DNA from: Trypanosoma brucei | Taxonomy: Eukaryota | Length of the DNA: 64,000 nt | Direction of reading: 5' to 3' | NCBI GenBank assembly: GCA_000002445.1 | Contig: CH464491.1 | Coordinates: 2,464,001-2,528,000 of the forward strand | Shown here: in pieces, positions 20,591 to 30,015 of the stretch | Position numbering within the stretch: the stretch's first letter is position 1 | Layout of the letters: every line of letters begins with the position of its first letter | Program-made: the position numbers and the translations under genes | Notes under the pieces: generated by a model | What the model saw: only the letters and a program-made list of their open reading frames with translations | The model's database searches: none | What the model was told of the DNA's origin: nothing

Positions 20591-21165
20591 ATGTAAATAT
20601 GGGGGACGGATGAGGGGGCGCATGTCTGAAGCTTGTGATCTGCGAGTGATGCCCATGTGTATACAACTCAATGGAGGTGGGTTGTATTTATTTCTGTCAA
20701 GAGGAAAATTGTGTCTAGATTGTGCAGCTCACATGTAGTTATGTAAGTTTTTCAACGAAAAGAAAAAATCTTTTTCTTTTTTGCTTGTTTCCTTTTTTTA
20801 TCGTGCTTTTCACATCTGGTGACTCGCATTGTTTTGGTATGCGCCTGCGAAGTACTCACTGGAAAAGGAGTAACAAAAAGTAGTGTACTGGAATTTTTAA
20901 AAGCATGAACTTCTCTCTCCTCATCCTTTCCCTTAATATGAGTGATTGCAACTACGCAGGTAAACAGCCCCCTTGCCTATGTTTTGGTTTTCCTCCTTCT
21001 TTCTGTTGTCGTGAAAGTTTCACAACTGCTCCTATTACATTTAACGTGCGGCATACCACCTGACCGCAGCAACAGACGAAGTCAGTAACCGACCTTCTGT
21101 TCTCTGGTCGAATCACACGAAAGCAGAAGGTTAGAGAGGGGGAAAAAAAATACAAGTCTTCCCAT

Positions 21166-22590
21166 ATGCTGCCTCGCACAGCATGTTTCATGCTTCTGTT
21201 AGCCCTGGGCAGCGAAAAATTCCGTTTAGTGAGTGGTAGTGCTGACGATCATGAAGAACCGAATGGACTGCCTGAATATCACGATGAAGAACTGTTGGAT
21301 GATGTTGGTGAAGGACTGGACCCGGGGGACGACCCCTCACTGTCACCCGATGGCCTTCCACCGGATGGTTTGGACGATGATGACGATCTTCCACCGCCAT
21401 CGGACACAAACACGAGTACAGTTTTTCCCCCAACCTCATTGGGACGGGAGCTCGTTCCGGACGTATCGTACACGCAGGCGGAGAAGTGCGGATTTGAACA
21501 GGTGGGCACGTGCGCAGAAAACTTCTGTAAGTGTCTCTCAGGGAATTTAAGCAGTAAGGGAGTTGAACCCCTAAATGGTATGACGGGTGGCGCGTGTGGC
21601 AGTGGTCATGTATCAAACTGCTACCTGCTGCACCACTGCGCAAGGGAGAGGACGATGTGCATTTGGGCCGCATCGAGGAGTTATGAAGATGCTGCCAAAG
21701 ATGCGATGTGGGACATGTCACGGATGCCGGAGAAGTGGAGGACAAACAGTGGTACAAACAGCAGTTTTTGTCGCGGGCTGCTCAGTATTAGCAGAAATCT
21801 CACCAAGGCTTCCGCGGATGTTAACTTCTACGACACGCCCTTTTACACGGATTGTGCCGAGTATATGTCTTTCCTCTTCAAGAGAAGTGGTGGATACATG
21901 TGTCTCGCTGGCTCTGTGCCCATGTATGTCTGCGGCCCGCTTCTCTTTCCAACGCCCGCACCTCGGCAGATTGGTTATGCTCCCGTAACAAACGGATCGC
22001 GGCGGTTGCTGGTTACTGTAGCGGCCTATTTTGTTGGGAACTTCGCTGTGCTTTTCAATGACCGGACACGAGGTGAAAACTTGCAAATCGGTAGTGGTTT
22101 CAACAAAGAGTTTGGCAACGAGTTGCACAAGTGTTTCCGTGAGTATGTGGGAATTGATGGTGAGTTTACCATGGTTCATGGTGGCCCTAATCTTATTGTG
22201 AAGTATGTTATCGGCCTCGGTGAAGCAGATACATGGGTCGGTGATTTAATTAAGGCAAATGCACTTAATCTTATGGTTCGACCCCCAGGATGGATGGCAA
22301 CAGCTCAGGACATCCTTAGGACTATCGACAGTAACGCTGAGCTTGTGGCTCCTATTGTGAAGTACACAGTCAACTTTGACCCAGGCAAAGGCCCCGTCTT
22401 CACGGAGCTGTGTGATGTCGGTTGTGCAGCGGCCCTTTCTGTTTCTGGCGCGCTTAGCGCCGCCGTTTATTTATTAGCGGGAATTTTTTGCTGTCAGCGA
22501 AATAAACGGACGCTCGCCAGCGTTGATTCCAGCAGCGACGTGGATAATGAAACAATGGAAACTGCTAATGGAGCTCTATCAAAACCGTAG
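21166..22590 (+). CDS. Putative type I surface or secretory-pathway membrane glycoprotein
   Basis: N-terminal signal peptide MLPRTACFMLLLALGSEKFRLVSG. Acidic Pro/Asp-rich stretch. Cys-rich ectodomain with several NxS/T sites. C-terminal hydrophobic segment AVYLLAGIFCC, then a short tail (QRNKRTLASVD...). Confidence 0.6.
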   Translation: MLPRTACFMLLLALGSEKFRLVSGSADDHEEPNGLPEYHDEELLDDVGEGLDPGDDPSLSPDGLPPDGLDDDDDLPPPSDTNTSTVFPPTSLGRELVPDVSYTQAEKCGFEQVGTCAENFCKCLSGNLSSKGVEPLNGMTGGACGSGHVSNCYLLHHCARERTMCIWAASRSYEDAAKDAMWDMSRMPEKWRTNSGTNSSFCRGLLSISRNLTKASADVNFYDTPFYTDCAEYMSFLFKRSGGYMCLAGSVPMYVCGPLLFPTPAPRQIGYAPVTNGSRRLLVTVAAYFVGNFAVLFNDRTRGENLQIGSGFNKEFGNELHKCFREYVGIDGEFTMVHGGPNLIVKYVIGLGEADTWVGDLIKANALNLMVRPPGWMATAQDILRTIDSNAELVAPIVKYTVNFDPGKGPVFTELCDVGCAAALSVSGALSAAVYLLAGIFCCQRNKRTLASVDSSSDVDNETMETANGALSKP

Positions 22591-24443
22591 TGGCGGCTTG
22601 CTAATTTTCCTTCAGCAAACTTCCACTTTTTCCCCTTCTACGCGGTGCTTACGGCCTGGGTAGAAAATTAACAAATCTGTGCAATCGTTAATTTATGCAT
22701 TAACGCATCATTTATGGAATAGTTACTACGTGGGGAAAACGGTGAATATGCTTTTTGGGTTGTTACTATTAGCTTTTTTGGGGGGGGGGGTGATCGCTTT
22801 AACGTAGGTAGAGTCGAGGCGAATGAATGGGTTGGTTTGGAAGAGGAGGAGAAGGAGAAGGAGAAAAGAAAAGAAAAAAAGAAATGCAAAGGGAAGTAGA
22901 AAAGGGAACCCCTTTGAGTTTGTTACTGAAGGGAAAATACATAAGAAAAAAAAAGAACAAGGAATGAAACGGTGCGATCGAGGAGGTAGAGAAGGAGTGA
23001 AGAGGAAAAGGAAAGAGGCTCTGAATGGATTTGTGCGGCTTTCGCGTAATTTCACGCGTGGTGCATAGAATAGAGTAGGATAGCGTTGCCGGTTGATCAC
23101 GTTATTTTTGTTTTTGGTCACAGGAAGTAACATACGCATGCGTGTATATGTGTAGGTGAGACGGTACAAGGTTAAAGTGGCGTTAGAAAGGTAACTCAAC
23201 GCCAAGTTTTATACATAATAATATAATCATGATGAGTGACGGAAAAAAAAAAGACGAGACGAAAACATGTTACACACCATTGCAATTGAGGAGGAGAGTT
23301 ACGTGTGGGAGGCGACATATAATGATGTGCAAAGCGCAGGCGAACATCCGTTTTTTCTTTTGTTCCAACGTCCCTTGACCCTTCCTTTCTTTTTTGAACT
23401 TCTCTCCCTACTACCATTACTATTATTTAAGTTTGTTCGCTAAGTCACGCTCTCACACGATTACCTGCCTCCCCCTGCCGCCGCAACAGCCTTTGGGTGG
23501 CAAGGCACATATATTTATTTTTAGAATTATTGTTGTAACGATTGTTATCACTATTTATTTTTTCTCCTAGCACTTTTTTAGCTTACTTTTTTTTCGTGTG
23601 TGTGTGTGTTTCTGAAGGTTTTCCTTGCTTTTTTCTTTTATTATCCTTCTTTTGTGCCCTTCTTTGGTTCATTTGTTTTTGTGTGTCTAAGTAACCCTTC
23701 ACAGGGGTTGGACAAAACGCTGCCAAACCCAGAGCAGAACTAAGAGAAATGAAATGTAAGTCAGAACGTTAATTATTAGGAAACCAATAAGCAACGCGTC
23801 GGTTACGGACGTACAATCATGTAGATATTTTTATGGCAAACTTCCTGTGAAACTTTGTGCGCTGATGTGTCATTTCCTTTATGCTTTCTTTTTTCCTATA
23901 GCATTGCCATGTTGCTCACTTCCATTCATCCAACCCCATTCGTCTTTTTTTTTAAAAAAAAGTGGTTTTTGTGAAAGCGCTGGTGTGCCTCCCCTTTGCT
24001 CGTATGTTTGTCTTTTACTTCTTTCGCCATCGAAAGGTTAAATAAATAAATAAATATATATATATATATATAACACATCAGATTGTTAATACTACTTGTG
24101 CACGTGCAATTACTTGGCAGAGCGCAAGCCGACGATGATAAATAAATCAACTACCTTTCATTTAGTCGGTTTCTAACGGCTGCGGTTACACTGCTAACTC
24201 TTGTGTATTGCAGTTTCCTTTGTTTTTGGTGCCGTGAACCTTTCTCTACTGCTTTCTTTTTCCCCCCTTCATTCCCCATGTTATCATGTCTTTATTGTGT
24301 ATTTGTTGCATACATTTGTGGTTTCTCTCAAACACCCACAAACCCTCACCTTGTTCCACCTTTTACTCCAGCTGCATACCCGTGCGCTCCCGCACTTCCA
24401 TCGGCACGTGCATCTCATCGATTATCCACAGGTGATGCGTTTG

Positions 24444-24867
24444 ATGCACTAACAGACCTTAGCGCAATCGAGGTATTGGTGTAAAGTCGGTCAATTGTAG
24501 GCGAGTATGCATCAGTGCAAGGGCTGACAAATATTTCCCTGCAGCTGCCATGTTCGGCTGCCCTTTTGATCATCCAAACGGGTCAGTTAAACCATAGAGC
24601 GTGAGACATGCGAATAAACGTAAAGCTTTGGAGGTATATCTCCGTTACACGCTGCCCATGTGATAGGATGGCGCCTGAATGGATAAGGAAAGCGAGCTGA
24701 TGGCAGGAAGAAATGTGAATCCCATTATTTGTTGTGTGGAAATTATATGTGGATGTGAGAGTGAGAGTGAGGTTGGTAAGTTGATAACTGTACGTGTGGC
24801 GGTGATACGACACCCCACTGAATAAGATGCTTCATCAGTATCTCCTTCCTCTTCATGCCAATTCAAA
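24444..24867 (-). repeat. Copy A of a 0.42-kb dispersed element, SIRE-like by size, inverted relative to copy B
   Basis: Reverse-complement of 52818-53235 with one mismatch seen (24656 g vs t), aligned by hand. Intergenic, ends 64 bp upstream of the ATG at 24931. Confidence 0.85.
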
Positions 24868-24930
24868 CCAGCTGCATATATACGCCCGTCTGCGGAGTAG
24901 GAAACGCAAGAAAGAGAGACAAGAGACAAG

Positions 24931-26175
24931 ATGGGATGTCAACAAAGTGGAGTGCGAATGTCTCCTCAGGACCTTAGTGATCGCACTCCCAGTGGTCAAC
25001 ACGGGTTTACAGGGGATGCCAGCAACACGGCACTTCCCACTGTTCCAACAGACTCATGGTATGGTAAAAACTTTAGTGAAACATCACGTATGGCATTTAC
25101 CGAGTTTCACTTAAAGCAGCGGGGAAACATCGTTTTCGCCGGGACCCCCGTTCCTGTTGGCGCCTCGGAATTGGGTGAGTTCCCTGGCAACTCCCCACCG
25201 CTGCTCACAAGGGCAGTTATTGGCAAGGACAATGTGTACGGCATGGCGTACCTCTATAGCACTCCACTTTCCATTGAGCATCAGTGGAGACTGCGTGTAT
25301 GCCACTACCAAATAGCGTGTTCACCCTCTGGACAAACGCTAGGGGAAGTGCCGGGGGCGCTTTCTACACTTCCTGAGACCCCAACGACAGATGAGCAGAA
25401 AATCAGACTGTGGAACTTCGCTAAACAAGTCTACGACCGGCCGCTTTGCGACACTTTTGTTGGGATCAAAGTGTATGTTGACGGAGAGCTTGTGCCCGAC
25501 CGTTATCCGAGAGCCAAAAGTCTCCCAAACTGCACAGCTACACTCGAATCTAGTGAAGTGTTTAATAACTGGACCTGTGTTCCTTTTGTACTTGTTGGTT
25601 ACGTGAACAGTCCGATGATAAGTACTGTTACGATGTACAGGCACCTGTCCCTTAGCTTCGTTGAGTACTTGTTGGGCAAAACCATCACGGGTGGAGAAAC
25701 CGACAGAACAAAAGATGAAGAGGTGGCGGAATGTAAAGACGAGAATACCGTTGGGGATGGACGTAGTGTGGACGCGCCCGATAAGCCGAAGGAGGAGGTC
25801 ACCCAGTCTTTCAATGTTTCTGTAGAGGTTGTGTACGGTTGTGAGGCGGAGATGAATTTCTGCACAGCCCACATTGCGAAGGGGAACATAGAACTTGTTA
25901 TGGGAGAGCACTCAGACGCAGCTTTACGAAAATATAAGGCTTCACTTGAGGAGTTTCTTAGGAAAAGCGGCAACGAGCGTCATCAGGTAGTTGCGGTGGA
26001 TCCTTTGACACTCAAAGGGCGGAACTCGGCATTATGGACTTGTTTGTTTTGCGGGTCTCCCCTGCAGTTCACGTGTACGATTTGCGGCGCCGAGCTGTGT
26101 GGAATGTCTTCGTGTGTGTGGAAGCCCTTCACGGGGTATCCGCTTGGCTGCTCGTCTCATAAGGCGCAGGCGTGA
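24931..26175 (+). CDS. Hypothetical protein (414 aa) with an N-terminal dual-acylation motif and a C-terminal Cys cluster
   Basis: Starts MGCQQSG (Gly2 for myristoylation, Cys3 for palmitoylation). C-terminus CLFCGSPLQFTCTICGAELCGMSSC resembles a zinc finger. Lies immediately downstream of repeat copy A. Confidence 0.55.
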   Translation: MGCQQSGVRMSPQDLSDRTPSGQHGFTGDASNTALPTVPTDSWYGKNFSETSRMAFTEFHLKQRGNIVFAGTPVPVGASELGEFPGNSPPLLTRAVIGKDNVYGMAYLYSTPLSIEHQWRLRVCHYQIACSPSGQTLGEVPGALSTLPETPTTDEQKIRLWNFAKQVYDRPLCDTFVGIKVYVDGELVPDRYPRAKSLPNCTATLESSEVFNNWTCVPFVLVGYVNSPMISTVTMYRHLSLSFVEYLLGKTITGGETDRTKDEEVAECKDENTVGDGRSVDAPDKPKEEVTQSFNVSVEVVYGCEAEMNFCTAHIAKGNIELVMGEHSDAALRKYKASLEEFLRKSGNERHQVVAVDPLTLKGRNSALWTCLFCGSPLQFTCTICGAELCGMSSCVWKPFTGYPLGCSSHKAQA

Positions 26176-27000
26176 GGGTGACTCCCCAAGTTTTTGAGAT
26201 TCAGTTTCTGTATACGTTTCGTTTCGGTGTTATCATTCACCATTACTACTGTTTTCTCAACATCAACCCACTGAGCACGGATGTGCATGTGGGGTATTGT
26301 ATGTCTCTGGGCACTGGCAACGACGCAGGGGGAACAAATGTCCGAACTGGCCGGCTGCATATTTGGCAGATTCGGCTCTACTAAAAATGACGCGAAATGC
26401 AAAAAGGGATATACGTTATCTCCGTACTAATCTTTGCGCCTCCTTACGTGGTGTCAGTTATGAAGCTAATCTGCCTACCGCCCCCCCCCTCTTCCATTGA
26501 AACCCCGGTGTATACTTTTCGTTTTCTTTGTACTTTTCCTTTACTTCTTTTGTTTGTATATTTTATAATAAGGAAGTGGCTAACCTGTTGCTTATGGAAG
26601 TCAGTCGCGTTTTGTGCATGCAACATTGTGCTTAAACTTCAAAAACATTAAAGATAAAATAACGCATTGCACATCCTTCTTTTGCTTTTAATATGGTGTT
26701 GCATCTTGCCGACTGTCCGCCAACCTCGTTTTGCGCCACCAGCCTGTTTTCATTCTTCTTTTCTTTTATGTGTGTGTTATACTTCTCATGCGTTGTTAAC
26801 ACCACTGTAGTTTTCCACCTGTAGGAAACGCCAGGTGCGCCACGGCATCCAAAGGGTTACTCAGCAGAAACCTTACAAGGAAGCCAATTGTCTAACACGC
26901 TGCTGTGGAGGTTTCTATCTGCACCATTTTCCATTCATACATATACGTATACCGATTTCTTTACCCGAATATTTATTTTAAAAAAAACCGTACTCGGGCG

Positions 27001-29586
27001 GTTCTTGAAATGCTATCCAAGTTATTCCGGTATGACACGAAACTTCAGGGGAAGCAGGAACTCAGTACCGCTGATCACAGGTCGTTACTTGAGCTTAGTA
27101 TGACAGACAACATTACATCCGTAGAGATTCCGCAGTACAGGGTGCGGGGGACGTTTGTTGAGTATGTGATTGAGTGCACAAAACGAAACATGACGTGGCA
27201 GGTGTTTCGGCGTTACCAGCAATTTAAGGCACTTGACCAGAGTCTGAAACAACTATGCTCACGCGGATCCTCAAGGCACTGTGACTACGGGGTCATTCCT
27301 GTCCTCTGCGGTAGCCACTGGACGGAAGTAACTAACCAGTCAATCGACCTCGTAGAAAAACGGCGGAGGCACTTGGAAATTTACCTCCGCCAGTTGCTCG
27401 TCCCGGGGAATGTATTTTATGTTGCTAAAACCGTGATTTACGATTTTCTTCACGATGGCGCGGTTCCTGCGCAGCACCAAAGGAGGGCCATACGACCGCT
27501 AATTGGCTTTGCAACGCCAGACTCGTTGGCAGACCTCCACTTGGAAAACAGGAACGGCGAAGGGAGTGCGAGCCGGTTAGGGGCGGCCTCAACTCTCAAC
27601 GATAAATCGATTTCTATGCTTGGGCCATCTGCTGTTGGTGAAAGTGATCGAGTGGATGATGGTGTCGGGGACGAAGAAGAGGAGCCCTGCAAATCACCTC
27701 CAGGAGAGACCGTAGAGAGCGGTGAGGAATGTGAAGATTTACCATCAGCTGACAACAGTGAAGCTGAGGACGTGCGTGTGCCGCCACCAGGCTCCTTGTG
27801 CAGGCAATGTAACGCTGAGTTTTCTTCTGTGCTGTATCCGCATCGTTGTTTCTTCTGTAGGCAACAGTTTTGTCGCGACTGTTTGCACCCAGTCGAACTT
27901 GAAGAAGGAGAGGTCGCTAGATCATGTGTTCAATGTTATGAAAACTTTGCTCGAAAGACCTGTAAACCCCAATATCCCCCAACTCCCATGGCTTCAACAC
28001 CAATACTTCAGTGCGCACCTGCTGGTGGTGCGTTGGACCCGTTGAACTTACTCGGTAGTACGTCCCACGTGCGAACAGATGTAACACTTTCTGACTTTAA
28101 GTTAGTTACAACTGTGGGACGTGGCACGTTTGGCAAAGTGATGAAAGTTATCTTTCGTGAAGATGGCAAGGTTTATGCTATGAAAGTGCTCAACAAGTGT
28201 GTTATTCACAAGCGGCGAATGATCGAGTACATCAGGGAGGAGAAGAATATCATGTCCTCTTTACCCTCGCATCCGTACATTGTAACATGTCACTTCGCAT
28301 TTCAGACTGACTACCATCTTTTCTTCGTACTGGACTACCTCCCTGGTGGAGACATGCACTCGCGTGTTTACCCTAAACTCAAACTAACTGAATCGGATGT
28401 CCGTTTGTATATTGCTGAACTTGTACTCGCACTCCAACATCTGCACCGTCACGACATTGCCCATCGTGACGTCAAGCTCGAAAACATTGTCTTGGGAGAA
28501 GACGGACATCTTAAACTGACAGATTTTGGGCTGGCACGCATGAATTTCTCACGGCAACGCCGTCGCAGTTTTGTGGGGAGTCCGGAGTACCTTCCGCCAG
28601 AAACGATTCAGGGGAAGTACCAAACGAAGGCTGTGGATTGGTGGAGTGCGGGGGTCATGCTGTACGAAATGCTGAGTGGGAAGACGCCGTTTTACTCGGC
28701 GTACAATTGTGAAATCTACAACAATGTGTTGAAGGCGGAGTTGGACCTCACAGCCCCGTGTTTCACGCCAGAGGCCGCCTCACTCATTGAACAACTGCTT
28801 CAAAGCCATCCAAAAGCAAGGTTGCAAGACGCAGGGGCAATAAAGGCTCATCCTTACTTTGCATCAATCGATTGGGCTGCTCTCGAAGGTAAAAAAATAT
28901 CTGCCCCCATACAGCTTGATCTTATGGGAAATGATATGAAATACATCAAATGGAAGTTCACGGCGGAGTGGGCTGTTATATACAAACCTCCTGGAGTGAC
29001 ACGTGCTACAATTGACCTTTTGATTAATCGCTTTAGTAACTTTGCTCATGTGAGCGAGGGGACGCCGCCCACGCCGCATCTGCCGATAGGGCAGCAGCAG
29101 GAAGAGGTATCTGACGGAGTGACAAACCCACCGGATATAACCGGCGTTTGGAATGTTGTCAAGGTAGAGATGCAAACGGAGGATGGAAAGATCACGCATC
29201 CTTGGGGAAGTGCAGTGTGTGGAGTGCTAGCGTACTTCCCAGAGGGTCAGTTCAGCATGCAGCTTACATCATATATGCGTCCACATTTGCGGCAACAGTT
29301 CGTGGATCGTGCCGTGAGAGAGGATCTGGTAGAAATGTGCAACTCGTACGCGGGCAGTTTCGGAAAGTATCAGATCAAGCCAGGGAGCAATATCATTACT
29401 CACAGGCTTCACGGCTGCCTCTGTCCGAATCTTACAGGAAGTACACAAAAGTATTTTTTTGAGGTTCGTGAGAGGAAAGAAAATGGGGCTAAAGTGTTGA
29501 AACTTTTTACCGCGTGTAACGCGCTCCCAGGTGAAGACATCTCCGCACAAACCGTCCTCACATGGGAACGGACGGGTTCCTGCTAA
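27001..29586 (+). CDS. PX-domain / FYVE-like zinc finger / AGC-type Ser/Thr kinase / C-terminal lipocalin-like domain protein
   Basis: PX-like region YRVRGTFVEYVIECTK...RRYQQFKALDQSL...RRRHLEIYLRQLL. Cys-rich finger CRQCNAEF...CFFCRQQFCRDC...CVQC. Kinase motifs GRGTFGKV, AMK, HRDVKLENIVL, DFGLA, SPEYLPPE. C-terminal ITGVWNVVKVEMQTEDGKITHPWG...GVLAYFPEG resembles the bacterial lipocalin-like fold. The ORF opens at 26905, but those codons overlap the pyrimidine tract, so ATG 27001 (MLSKLF) is preferred. Confidence 0.8.
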   Translation, partial: VLEMLSKLFRYDTKLQGKQELSTADHRSLLELSMTDNITSVEIPQYRVRGTFVEYVIECTKRNMTWQVFRRYQQFKALDQSLKQLCSRGSSRHCDYGVIPVLCGSHWTEVTNQSIDLVEKRRRHLEIYLRQLLVPGNVFYVAKTVIYDFLHDGAVPAQHQRRAIRPLIGFATPDSLADLHLENRNGEGSASRLGAASTLNDKSISMLGPSAVGESDRVDDGVGDEEEEPCKSPPGETVESGEECEDLPSADNSEAEDVRVPPPGSLCRQCNAEFSSVLYPHRCFFCRQQFCRDCLHPVELEEGEVARSCVQCYENFARKTCKPQYPPTPMASTPILQCAPAGGALDPLNLLGSTSHVRTDVTLSDFKLVTTVGRGTFGKVMKVIFREDGKVYAMKVLNKCVIHKRRMIEYIREEKNIMSSLPSHPYIVTCHFAFQTDYHLFFVLDYLPGGDMHSRVYPKLKLTESDVRLYIAELVLALQHLHRHDIAHRDVKLENIVLGEDGHLKLTDFGLARMNFSRQRRRSFVGSPEYLPPETIQGKYQTKAVDWWSAGVMLYEMLSGKTPFYSAYNCEIYNNVLKAELDLTAPCFTPEAASLIEQLLQSHPKARLQDAGAIKAHPYFASIDWAALEGKKISAPIQLDLMGNDMKYIKWKFTAEWAVIYKPPGVTRATIDLLINRFSNFAHVSEGTPPTPHLPIGQQQEEVSDGVTNPPDITGVWNVVKVEMQTEDGKITHPWGSAVCGVLAYFPEGQFSMQLTSYMRPHLRQQFVDRAVREDLVEMCNSYAGSFGKYQIKPGSNIITHRLHGCLCPNLTGSTQKYFFEVRERKENGAKVLKLFTACNALPGEDISAQTVLTWERTGSC

Positions 29587-30015
29587 TCTCTTGCCTATAC
29601 GCTTCCCTGCCCCGTTAAATAATGGGCTGTTGCTGGGCCTCTCCCGTTGCTACTCTTCCCTGTTGCCTCCAATGTACCCAAACACGCTCATCTCACTGTT
29701 GGAGCCGTACAATGTGCTTCCATCTGCTGCTAGTGACTGATAAGGTGGGACAGTCTGGCGGCACCTTTTTTCTATCTCTCTGCCGTGGCACGGCTGCTGT
29801 ACAGTTCGGGGTATCGATTTCTCATAGCGCATCTTTTTCTTTTTTTCAGAAACACCCCTCTGTTATTGCCATTTGTCGAACGAACTCTTACCTTCATATG
29901 CTATTAATCATTCTCTGGTCACAAGTTGACGAATTTCTAGGACAAGAGAACGACAGAAGTAGAGGTAAAAAGAAAAAGGTGACCGCGGCACTCTTCTCTT
30001 TGTGCATCGTGTAGC

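Noticed and set aside
24583-24929. ORFs of 94 and 76 aa (24645-24929 -, 24583-24813 -) with protein sequences identical to ORFs 52810-53040 + and 52872-53102 +
   Set aside because: The identity is fully explained by the inverted DNA repeat. Both ORFs lie inside the repeat, have no start context, and are low-complexity, so they are not treated as coding.
26905-27000. N-terminal extensions of the ORF-track models at 26905, 40090, 44136, 49466 and 14687
   Set aside because: Each extension runs through the polypyrimidine tract that should lie 5' of the spliced-leader acceptor, so downstream ATGs were preferred. The exact starts remain unverified without SL mapping.
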